A DNA stretch of 17,474 bases from an uncultured euryarchaeote (GTDB lineage: Archaea; Thermoplasmatota; Poseidoniia; Poseidoniales; Poseidoniaceae): NCBI GenBank assembly GCA_937899865.1, contig CALBRH010000050.1, positions 1 through 17,474 of the forward strand, given 5' to 3'. The first letter of the stretch is position 1. Each line of letters opens with the position of its first letter. Under the pieces are notes generated by a model, which ran no database searches, was not told the DNA's origin, and saw only the letters and a program-made list of their open reading frames with translations. Positions 7,001 to 14,400 of this stretch are shown here, piece by piece. The translations under genes and the position numbers were made by a program.

Positions 7001-9261
7001 AAGCGCCTACAGGTGGCTTGGTTGACGTTATTTTCGAGGGTACTGATTTCCAAGGTAATACCTACAGGCAATTAGTTGCAACAATCGCTCCTGAAGGCGC
7101 AGGCCAGCTAACATTGCCAGAACCAATTCCAGGTGCAGGGGACTCGCATCTATGCTATTTCGATGGCAATAATGACGAGTTCTCAGATTGGGATACCAAC
7201 CAAGATGGCGTTGTAAGCCGAGAAGAATCTGTAGGCTGTTTAAGAGCCGACATACTACCGTTAACACCGTCTAAGTTGGCTCAAGATCCAGCAGGGTTCT
7301 TGCCTAATGGATTCGGTCCAGTTAATGTTATTTTGAGATACGAAGAAAGTTTACCAAACGAAGGATGTCTTCCATTCGCCGATGATTTAGACATTAGAAC
7401 TCTTGGCGGTGCTTGGGACTCATGTTCATTTATTCCTAATAATGAGAAGTTCCGTGTATTTATGCCAAACATTGAAAATGGCTTCAACCTGATAGGAACG
7501 ACATTCATTGATGCACAAGATGAAGTAATCGTATACACCGGTGAATTTGATCCACAAACTAACCAATATGAAGACAAACCAATGATTCTAACCGGCAGAT
7601 TATACGATGAACTTGGCAATAACCTGACTAGTAGAATCGTATCTGCTCAATACACAATGAAGAATGATCCAAACAATCAAATCACTAAGTGTAATGATGT
7701 TAGAACCGATGAATTCGGAATATTCGTTATTGAATGTGATATTGAAGGAGTACAAGCGGGCCAAGCGGAAGTCAACATTATCTATTCTGCATTGGATTCA
7801 CAGAACCGTGACCAATATCGCTACAAGTCAAAGACACTACCTCTAACCTATCAAATATTCTCCAATTCGACTTTGGCAATCACCGATGTCGGACCATTCA
7901 AGTCGACTACTGATAAGTGGCTAGCACCAAATGGAACCGAATATTACCGTTTGTTCCTAAAGGAATCCTTCCACATAGATGCGATTTTGAAGCAGAGTAA
8001 CGGAGACCCAGTAGGGGACAAGTGTCTGAACATCTATTTGGACCCTGAGGAAAATGTAAGGCCTATTGCTAGAATTAGGACTAGCCAAGCATTGGACGAC
8101 CGCGGGACTATCAGTTGGTTTAGTGGCGATCCATTACAGAATCCAACTCTAAAGGGGGTTGAAACAACCGGTGGTAAGACCGAAGGTTTCCGAGTTTTAC
8201 GTGTTGCATATGAGCCAACTGAGGACTTAAGCAATTACGGCGGCTGTGCAAGAGATGCAGATAAATCATTGAATGGTTCTTTCATGGATGTTGATATTTT
8301 AGTTCGTTCCAGAGTAGATATTCAAGTCCAGCAAACATGGAGTTATCGTGGCGATAACGGCCTTTCTGAAGGAGACCCAGTCATCGGCGAAATCGCTCTG
8401 TTAAGAGATAGGTTGGATTTAGCTGTTGAGAATGAAGAAGTCTTCTTCCTTCGTCAGTATTTCTCTAATGATGGAGAATGGGTGACAGAGGGCGAGAATC
8501 GTTCAACAACCAATGAGCAAGGTATTGCAAGCTTTGAGTGGGCCTTTGATGGCCGCACTTGTGAAGGACAACCGTGTCAAGGGTTGTGGAGAATCATTGC
8601 CTATTATCCAGGTTCGACCTTCTTCGCGCCATCACAAAACAATATTTCTCACGAGATTCAGTGGCGTGAACCGATAGCAGTTAGTGCAGATACAGGCTTC
8701 TTTACACCAGCTAATACGATGGCTTTGGTAATACTGCTAATGGCATTAATCATAGGTGGTGCAGCTTACTATCAACGTACGCAAGCACGTCGACAAGTAC
8801 AGGCTCTACGCGGTATCTTAACCGACACTATGCTACAGTTGGAGGCAAGCAACGAGTTTATTGCAGCGATCTTTGATTGCTACAAGAATTTAGTACGGCA
8901 TTTCAGAAAGCATGGTTTCATGAAGAAGGTTTACGAAACAACTAGAGAGTTTGAAGCAGCGGTTAGAAAAGCCTTCGACATGGTGCCATCTGAGCAACTT
9001 GATGCATTCTTAACCATCTTTGAAGAAGCACGATATTCCGACCACACAATCGATGCAAGCCATCGAGATAGAGCAGTTGCAACATTGGGAATGATTCAAC
9101 AATCATTGAACATTGCACTTGGAGAAGGAATGTTGGTAAAGCGCTATGATGATGTGAACTTGTACAATAATCAAACCAAGGCAGGAGAGTTTGTTGCTGC
9201 TGACGGCTCGGTTAGGCAAGCAGGTATCGTCGATGGCGAAGATTCAAACTTCAAGATTTGA
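1099..9261 (+). CDS. Giant (~2720 aa) single-pass cell-surface glycoprotein: signal segment, TSP3-like acidic Ca-binding repeat region, tandem Ig-like domains, TM helix, cytoplasmic DUF4129-like domain
   Basis: Uninterrupted ORF. N-terminus MQMKKYQSKTENRRK-LTLSLLMVFLMISSTTISFLA (basic then hydrophobic). DxDxDG/DDDNDG repeats span 1477-4770. A beta-rich region 4771-8690 has recurring TDxxGxF/A motifs (PTNNFGNF, TDNRGFA, TDDNGFF, TDEFGIF, TNEQGIA). TM MALVILLMALIIGGAAYY at 8719-8772 is followed by basic QRTQARR. The helical tail CYKNLVRHFRKHG...ETTREF...FEEARYSDH...HRDRA resembles DUF4129. Family names come from motif recognition, not from a search. Confidence 0.9.
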   Translation: MQMKKYQSKTENRRKLTLSLLMVFLMISSTTISFLATESSTEENTPSFSIASGGEILHPEIVPQGGEVSGQGTLVDFNQLPSQPHPALYDIMWTDPGVSSGVISDMSAIFALSQTYSVFLEESNKEDHDNDGINDLNDLDDDNDGIYDLLERFDGCYGTDPLDHDNDGIPDVDDWDDDNDGILEGPLDIEALEAQGLDPINVSTDRYLDSAIIHPWTDAPVGPLYLADQNPMDHDNDGVTDEDSDGSGADRYDEDDDNDGRIDQFKWPCDLDSDGVQDYFDSDDDNDGILDVQDRDPYNASIDTIMGDTGELTDAAREWQLNEYIAYSGGVDFLAWEQNRVNGPLATASGFYPLFEDATITAQGTPSFTQIFDGDLDQDGIPNFLDPDDDNDGLPDSSDTDDDNDGILDMSDPDDDNDFIADVCVVVDFNNDGFNDYNWSNDTGSYQTPGGDTDGVAGLDCEIDYDGDLDDDRMRPFDQNYNAVPDWLDLDMGGTPNPDNLANIAVSGDQANFEYDLDDDQIQNENDSFPLDASADVASWNCPTQANPIPANPDPRCTTRRASFSQFNDWDGDGISNWDDIDDDNDGIIDVLDIDWDCDFDNDNDLHLINGALYRDDGPNDIDSDIDGDGLENSIDWDDDNDGLSDLYDPDDGNCGVVDFDQTDAFYRPYYPADDGGDLDGSSDSQGYSDNASDYWKMVFQHNPFDSMMINYNGYDATTQPVTPGEVPEFYWFLFARWNSRNGGNEWDIDTDGDSLINGLDTDQDGDGLPNWWDQDEGNDGIMDINDPKMGGTFNLTTCGYTAGNFATGFSCGYTYAFAYQMPLNGVNAQLGLPFSTRPDIGLDQGQTAGGPSNNWSCTPGAQGGCYHYDYGNDGTIDAGITYSQIANSRDAFTVWMGLTLGVQGWSWNSDTGPVQDFPDEMGADITANEVDEDIDGDSFNNTIDIDDDADGVYDWFDIDDDNDGVWDYFDMDTNDDLDDDANITLPQGSSFFTGTNCDDNDDDGNDADADDDGFFQAVWDRGEMTQGYQNPRYYDVDNDNDGVPDAEDYDDDNNGIDDWAQELLPGCFTGEEQSPWDHDNDNISNWADDDWDADGLTNDVELAISLTQAFDHDNDGLRDDIDEDDDEDGMKDKDEILVWPIRYDRNSTNPWDHDDFGDGEALANPSDPSVGPDAIDNDDDNDSRIDPDFDHLENGEINDPCYNGAESSDWDFDNDCLLDADDKAPTFITLNVPDKLWIDAKTPQRFSGHVDWINPITSAYEPAPNIPVQINIEWANNGTKAIESIYVPTNNFGNFTYNQYIYPEMLTVGDVGTYKVYAEVTELFVFNGNRSQDYFLGVDANLTANIAPIGSFKSSEQPFKIDFWAHYTADTDRGDYTKLISNVPITFTVRGGPFGNITSPTTFAGLDGNGYRTDNRGFASVTFVQDLGIAGTWRQIRLNASLDNGPGQIPGGYEEIIWDNLTKRHVVVTDPVTGDPVTGNFTSLYSNTTLPAGDYLVTGFVQPEITDWSYCYNFTEYNEVSMEWETPSSPIYRGGYGRNITNEADCISTVDPNNSTVNLQWEKDVEWPYSFMHGDQTEPESVRVMHRMNIDGTMYVTGTNPVYYFDKTINNGDGSFGNWATLFHADALTNAGLNYNEVSAIKPYPTNWDGNPASLTGEAALLRPFIDTDGDNWSISLVNGGNTNLPPCGAVDPTDPNSAVRCEIVPELNTGEGFRVVGTVTNRTLAPWVDDPITLQIDIDGNGLFIGQQETQFTSKPTQACSSCDAVYDYNFTFLSQYPAKTYGTRVDFTNSAYYFTGNTSTLSPTGAYINISVIGTTDFQMTSTPRLYRNTSTVIQAKLVDNSLQPVRNAPVNYTWSFDGRTGVNYTDDNGFFEVPFTINSTDSLGNFSLEFEYPGSNLLKGSSVSQYIWVISRTNISVTDILPRQVQEEFGNFRVSGDSWNFVAQITDDGANDPSITPVNLNGAQAPTGGLVDVIFEGTDFQGNTYRQLVATIAPEGAGQLTLPEPIPGAGDSHLCYFDGNNDEFSDWDTNQDGVVSREESVGCLRADILPLTPSKLAQDPAGFLPNGFGPVNVILRYEESLPNEGCLPFADDLDIRTLGGAWDSCSFIPNNEKFRVFMPNIENGFNLIGTTFIDAQDEVIVYTGEFDPQTNQYEDKPMILTGRLYDELGNNLTSRIVSAQYTMKNDPNNQITKCNDVRTDEFGIFVIECDIEGVQAGQAEVNIIYSALDSQNRDQYRYKSKTLPLTYQIFSNSTLAITDVGPFKSTTDKWLAPNGTEYYRLFLKESFHIDAILKQSNGDPVGDKCLNIYLDPEENVRPIARIRTSQALDDRGTISWFSGDPLQNPTLKGVETTGGKTEGFRVLRVAYEPTEDLSNYGGCARDADKSLNGSFMDVDILVRSRVDIQVQQTWSYRGDNGLSEGDPVIGEIALLRDRLDLAVENEEVFFLRQYFSNDGEWVTEGENRSTTNEQGIASFEWAFDGRTCEGQPCQGLWRIIAYYPGSTFFAPSQNNISHEIQWREPIAVSADTGFFTPANTMALVILLMALIIGGAAYYQRTQARRQVQALRGILTDTMLQLEASNEFIAAIFDCYKNLVRHFRKHGFMKKVYETTREFEAAVRKAFDMVPSEQLDAFLTIFEEARYSDHTIDASHRDRAVATLGMIQQSLNIALGEGMLVKRYDDVNLYNNQTKAGEFVAADGSVRQAGIVDGEDSNFKI
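1477..4770 (+). repeat. Protein-level TSP3-like repeat array (DxDxDGxxDxxDxDDDNDGxxD modules) within the giant ORF
   Basis: Dozens of DxDxDG/DDDNDG motifs with divergent synonymous codons, interrupted by non-repetitive aromatic- and Cys-containing inserts. Confidence 0.85.
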
Positions 9262-9320
9262 AATAAATTAGTCTAAATTTATTCCGAACCTTCAAGGTGT
9301 GAGTGCGCTGTGGCTTTCCT

Positions 9321-9764
9321 ATGGAAGACTGGAAAGGCCTAATCGACCAAGCTATGCAAAAGGAAACAGCTGACTTAATCGCCGCTCATGCAACCTATGG
9401 GCAGGCGGTTCGAGTGGCGCTTAGTGAAGCACAAATGTTACTTGGAGATCTTGAAGCCGCACAGATTATTGAATCAATCTATGGCGCTCTTGTAGCATAT
9501 TCTCAACAAGTAATGCTTCGTATGAAAGCAGAAGACCCTGAAGTTGGAGGCGTAGATCATGCGTTTAGAGCAGGGCAAGCATATGGTGTAAGTTGTGTTT
9601 TGAATCACTTAATCGACCAACTTACCGATGTTGTTGGCGCCACTGCACTTGGGGCATTGGATGATTTTTCCGATACGCTTCACGACGAAATAATCGTTCA
9701 AAGTAGAGCCGCTGGACTAACAGTGGAATTACTTGATGCTAAAGGCGATATTCTGTTCGAGTGA
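9321..9764 (+). CDS. Hypothetical protein, ~147 aa, predicted all-helical (alternative start GTG 9303)
   Basis: Clean ORF filling the gap between the giant gene and rpl18e. Ala/Leu/Glu/Asp-rich amphipathic pattern, no signal or TM segment, no family recognised. Confidence 0.75.
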   Translation: MEDWKGLIDQAMQKETADLIAAHATYGQAVRVALSEAQMLLGDLEAAQIIESIYGALVAYSQQVMLRMKAEDPEVGGVDHAFRAGQAYGVSCVLNHLIDQLTDVVGATALGALDDFSDTLHDEIIVQSRAAGLTVELLDAKGDILFE

Positions 9765-9786
9765 AAGGCAAAATAGGCGCGGCATT

Positions 9787-9811
9787 CGCGTATTTAGCAT
9801 TATAATACGCG
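9787..9811. promoter_or_regulatory. 8-bp inverted repeat CGCGTATT-N9-AATACGCG overlapping a TATA-like TTATAATA (9800-9807); candidate promoter/operator of the r-protein operon, or terminator of the upstream gene
   Basis: The inverted repeat is seen directly. TTATAATA is the most TATA-like 8-mer in the 108-nt intergenic gap. Confidence 0.45.
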
Positions 9812-9872
9812 TCGGTGCTTTGATAATGGGTTGGCGAGTCGCCAGCATGCTTCAAAGCATCGAGGGAGTCAA

Positions 9873-10238
9873 ATGAGTAACCCAAATAGCAAGACAAACG
9901 CTCAGTTAATTGAGGTAATCAATCAACTGAAAGCCCAGTCTCGCGAGACCGGTTCCGCTGTTTGGCGAGATGTGGCTATGCGCCTTTCTAAGAGTCGCAA
10001 AAACTGGGCCCAACCAAACCTTAGCAGAGTAAGCCGCCATGCTCCAGAGGGTGCAACAATCCTCGTGCCTGGTAAACTACTCGGCAGTGGTGAAGTTTCC
10101 AGTAACCACACGGTCGCCGCCTACAGTGTAAGTACAGGTGCTCGTGAGAAGATAGAAGCCGCTGGAGGTCGAGTAATGACATATGGCGAGCTAATGAACG
10201 AAAACCCATCAGGAAAGGGGGTTGTTATCCTTGCCTGA
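9873..10238 (+). CDS. rpl18e: 50S ribosomal protein L18e
   Basis: SKTNAQLIEVINQLK...VWRDVAMRLSKSRK...VPGKLLGSG...AAYSVSTGAREKIEAAGG matches the archaeal eL18 signature. SD-like GAGGGAG at 9862-9868 precedes ATG 9873. Confidence 0.95.
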   Translation: MSNPNSKTNAQLIEVINQLKAQSRETGSAVWRDVAMRLSKSRKNWAQPNLSRVSRHAPEGATILVPGKLLGSGEVSSNHTVAAYSVSTGAREKIEAAGGRVMTYGELMNENPSGKGVVILA

Positions 10239-10716
10239 AAAGACATATGTGTTTGACGCCAAAGGAATGATCCTTGGCCGATTGGCATCTGCAACTGCTG
10301 ACCTACTTTTGAAGGCAGCAAGAGAAGATAGAGACGATAAAGTCATTATCGTCAACGCAGAGAAAGCCATTGTCTCAGGCAGTAAGACCTCGGTATTCAA
10401 CAGATATCAAGAGAAGTACAAGTTGAATCACGCTAGAAAGGGACCGTTCTTTCCAAGAATGCCTGATATGATTCTAAAGCGTGCAGTTCGTGGTATGCTT
10501 CCTTATCAAAGTAAGAGTAGCGGCCGCAGAGCTCTACGAAACTTACGTGTTGAGATTGGCTGCCCAAGTCATCTAAGCGGCGATTTGCCAGACGGCCATG
10601 AGGCTGGCGATGATAGTAAGATTCGCAAAGGAGCGCCTGAAAGTTTTGTTTCACTTGGTGACATCAGTCATAATCTTGGTGCACCAAGCCACAGATGGAA
10701 TGGAGGTGACCAATGA
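10231..10716 (+). CDS. rpl13: 50S ribosomal protein L13 (archaeal uL13), probable TTG start
   Basis: VFDAKGMILGRLAS...VIIVNAEKAIVSG...GPFFPRMPDMILKRAVRGMLPY is the uL13 signature. There is no in-frame ATG before the conserved DA-G-ILGRLAS motif. TTG 10231 lies 9 nt after GGGGG and overlaps the rpl18e stop (TTGCCTGA); TTG 10222 is an alternative. Confidence 0.95.
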   Translation: MPEKTYVFDAKGMILGRLASATADLLLKAAREDRDDKVIIVNAEKAIVSGSKTSVFNRYQEKYKLNHARKGPFFPRMPDMILKRAVRGMLPYQSKSSGRRALRNLRVEIGCPSHLSGDLPDGHEAGDDSKIRKGAPESFVSLGDISHNLGAPSHRWNGGDQ

Positions 10717-11150
10717 TGGCTAAGAAGAAGAATAAGGCAGTAGAATCATCCGGAAAGCGTAAGACAGCAATTGCTAGAGCCAGTGTAAAGGCCGGTAAAG
10801 GCAGAGTAAGAGTCAATAGCGAACCAATCGAGATTCTTCAACCATCTTTGGCTAGAAGAAAAGCCATGGAGCCACTAATCATTGCTGATGCAATGAACAG
10901 ATTAGCAAAGGTCGATATCAACATTACAACAACCGGTGGCGGAATTATGGGTCAAACCGACGCAATAAGGACAGCGATCGCTAGAGGACTTGTTCTCTAC
11001 AATGGCGGAGCTGAAGGTCAAGACGAAGACCTTAGAGACGAATATCTAAGATTCGACAGAAGCCTATTGGTCAACGACCCAAGAAGAAAGGAACCAAAGC
11101 ACCAACTTGGACGCGGTGCTCGTCGAAAGAAACAAAAGTCCTATCGATGA
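10713..11150 (+). CDS. rps9: 30S ribosomal protein S9 (archaeal uS9)
   Basis: SGKRKTAIARA...GKGRVRVN...GGGIMGQTDAIRTAIARGL...DRSLLVNDPRRKEPK...GRGARRKKQKSYR. SD GGAGGTGA at 10702-10709; ATGA overlap with the rpl13 stop; the start could be 10713 or 10716. Confidence 0.97.
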   Translation: MMAKKKNKAVESSGKRKTAIARASVKAGKGRVRVNSEPIEILQPSLARRKAMEPLIIADAMNRLAKVDINITTTGGGIMGQTDAIRTAIARGLVLYNGGAEGQDEDLRDEYLRFDRSLLVNDPRRKEPKHQLGRGARRKKQKSYR

Positions 11151-11160
11151 GGTGTAAAGC

Positions 11161-11364
11161 ATGATAATTCCAGTAAGATGTTTCAGTTGCGGTGCAGTTA
11201 TTGCACATAAATGGGAAGAATTCAATGAGAAAGTCGCTGCAGGTATCGAAGTTTCCGATGCACTTGACCAGGTAGGATTTTCAAGATACTGTTGCCGAAG
11301 AATGTATATTGGGCACTTAGATCTAATCGAAGAAATCGCGCCATTCAGTGCAACAACTCAGTAA
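11161..11364 (+). CDS. rpoN: DNA-directed RNA polymerase subunit N (Rpo10/RPB10)
   Basis: MIIPVRCFSCG...RYCCRRM Zn-binding signature; GAGGTG SD at 11149-11154. Confidence 0.97.
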   Translation: MIIPVRCFSCGAVIAHKWEEFNEKVAAGIEVSDALDQVGFSRYCCRRMYIGHLDLIEEIAPFSATTQ

Positions 11365-11374
11365 TTTGAATCCT

Positions 11375-11452
11375 GGGCCCGTGGGTTAGCTTGGCCTATA
11401 CTTGGCGGCTGGGGGCCGTCAGACCCCAGTTCAAATCTGGGCGGGCCCACCA
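11375..11452 (+). tRNA. tRNA-Pro(GGG), intronless, genome-encoded CCA
   Basis: Acceptor GGGCCCG/CGGGCCC; D-loop AGCTTGGCCTA; anticodon stem GGCGG/CCGTC with loop CT-GGG-GG (anticodon 11411-11413); T-arm CCCAG-TTCAAAT-CTGGG; discriminator A11449; CCA 11450-11452. A position after rpoN is typical of euryarchaeal operons. Confidence 0.96.
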
Positions 11453-11487
11453 TTTGCTTGATATGCAAGCGTAGTAAAGGACATACT

Positions 11488-14400
11488 ATGCGGCAGCATG
11501 CGGTCTCAAGCAGTGTCATTGTTGCATTACTGATATCGATGTTATTTACTCCAATAATTTTAGCAACCTCTTCAACAATTTCTACAGATACAACATGGTC
11601 TGGAAACATAGTTCTTGAAGACGATGTGATAGTTTCTCAAGGAACAACCTTGACGGTTGAACCTGGTACGACTATTGATGGTGGAGAGGGCTTTGCAATC
11701 GAGATATATGGGACATTAGTTGCTGAATCATGTCACTTTTACTCCTCTGCGAATCCAACCGCACAATCATCACATGGTCAAGGATTATGGCAAGGGATTG
11801 TAGTTAAATCTGGAGGCAGTGCAACGATTACCAATGTTGAAATCGAAAATACCAATGTAGGAGTAAAGTCTGAAGGTAATTTGGTTGTTGATAATTTGAC
11901 CGTCAGAGATTCTTATCTCGGAATCAAGAATTACGGTACTGCAAATGTCGATGTATTCTATACTGAATCCATAGATTATGAAGCGATAATGAATAGTGGT
12001 AGTCTTACAGTATCAAATGCTGAAATAACTAAATCGTCAACAGGAATTCAATCTAGCGGCTCATTATCTGTAACCGATAGTAATTTTTCTGAAGTAGGGG
12101 CGGGAATTAGCGCCAATTCAGGTGTTGTAGCAGTTAACAACCTTACCTTTGAGAAAGTTTCAGTCGGCTTTTCATCTTCTTATGGAGTTGAATTTAGTGC
12201 TTTTGATGTTTATGGTAGCGAGGTTTCACTGCTAGCCGATATGGCCAATTCAGATGACTTCACTCTTGTTTCTGCCAATGTTATTGGAGATATATTAGCA
12301 AAATCAAATACGGCGATCAATACTAAACTTTCTGAAATCTCATTTGAATCAATTCTAACAAACCAAGCTCCAGTATTGGAACAGGATTGTAGTGGAGTTT
12401 GTTTGATTGAAAATGTTTCAATCACCAATTCTTTGCGTGGAGTCTCATTAACCGGAAACGGAGACCACATTATTGCCAATTCTAGCATAAACGCAGAACA
12501 ATACGGCATTAGAGCGGCAAGTCAAGGGACTTTAACGATTAGTAATTTGTCGATAACAGCTCAGCAAAAGGGAATAATAATTCGCGATACGAATGCCCAA
12601 TTCACTGGTGAAAACACAGTCACAATGACGAGCAGCAATTCAATCGGCCTCGATATATTGGGTGGAAGTCATCAATTGAGTGAGTTAAGCGTAGTCAAAC
12701 TCTACGATAGCACAGATTCAACCTCAATGGGTTGTCAGATTTGGTATGCTGAAATAGTAATTGATTCTATTGGAACTGAGAATTTTTCAACAGGAATCAA
12801 TATGCGAGATGTAGATTTTTCAGCAGACTCGGTATCAAATATCGGTGGTAATTCAATCGGTACAGAGATTATTGACAGTGAAGCATCCATCAACATACTA
12901 ACGACAAAATTCCAAAACAATGGAATAATTCTATCTGAAAACAGCCACCTTAGCACATATCAGTGGATTGCACAGTTGCATGATCAGCCCCTGCAGGTTG
13001 GGGCAGGTTCGATAGCAAATGTGCTTGATTTCACTACAATTAATACAAATCCAAGTTACAGTGATGCATTTGGAAAAGGGGCAGTATACTATGGATACAA
13101 TTCTAATTTGGATATTTCTTCTGATATTAGCGATTATTTTGTTATGACAAATGTCAAATTTACTGATATGTCAAATAATCCCGTTGAAGCAACAATAAAT
13201 GTAAATACTTTTCAATTTACAAGTGATGAAAATGGCGAAGTTTCAATTCCACTTTTCTCTAGTGGATCGATTGTTCAAGCCAGTTTGTTAGGTACTGGAG
13301 TTAGTGAGACCCTGTATGGTGGCATTCAAGACCAGTCTATTCAAATTCCATTGATTCCTAGTGGAGATTGGATTATTTCTGGTAACCAGCATATCAGTTT
13401 GCAATCATTTGAGGCTACTCAATCTTTTACCGGAGATTTAGTAATCAATGATGATGCAATTTTACAAATCACCAATTTGGATTTAGAATTAGCATCTGGC
13501 AAGGTGATAATTCTTAATGATAATGCTCAAATTATTGGTACTAATTCTTCGATAAAGGCTGATAGCATTTTTGTCAATGATGCCAGCCTCATCGCAAGCA
13601 TGGGCTCCTCTTCTAACCTACAAATTGATAGTGATCTAGAATGGAATTGTCAAGGTCAAAAATTGTCTTCAAACCTCTTTTTCAGTCAGCAATTAAGTCT
13701 CGGCTCCGGTTGTCACTTAACTATTGAAAATGGCGTTGCTGCTGGACAATTAACAGTACCAACCGACTCATCATTCAAGATTACTTCATCTCTAGTTGTT
13801 TCAGTTATCGACAGAGGATTGCCGGTTAGCAATGCTGTTGTCGAGTTCCAAGGTGCCGATTATTACACCGATTCTTCAGGCGAAGTTAGTATTGAATCCA
13901 TAGCTCGATTTGTTGATTCACAAGATGATATTGTTGGGACCAATGAAAATGTATTGTTGAAATTAGATGATTTTAATGAATTAATTACTTGGAACACGTC
14001 CTTATCTAAATTTCATCAATTCATAGTTTCAAGTTTGGATGTTAGCGAGATATTGAGTGAAGATGTGACTTTGGAAACTATCTGGAGTCCGTATTATCTT
14101 GAAACTGATTTAACCATCCCATTGGGGCGAACGATGACTGTTGTTGACGGTGTATCGGTGAGAATTTCTGATGGCGTAGAAATTTCAGTTTTAGGTACTT
14201 TAGATGCTGAATCAGCAATCTTTTCATCAACAGGGTTTGGTGATAGATGGTCTGGATTGGTCATAGATTCTCTATATTCCAACCTTCATTTATCTGGTAC
14301 GACACTACTTGAAGCGTCCCCTGCAATCTCATATAATGGTGGTAATTTAATCGCTGATGATGTTTCTATCTCAAGGTCATCTTCATCAAGAGCACTTATT

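Noticed and set aside
9262-9283. AT-rich inverted repeat AATAAATT...AATTTATT after the giant gene
   Set aside because: The stem is A/T only and has no U-tract; it is too weak to call a terminator.
11358-11609. 83-aa minus-strand ORF
   Set aside because: It is antisense to tRNA-Pro; such ORFs commonly arise opposite tRNAs.
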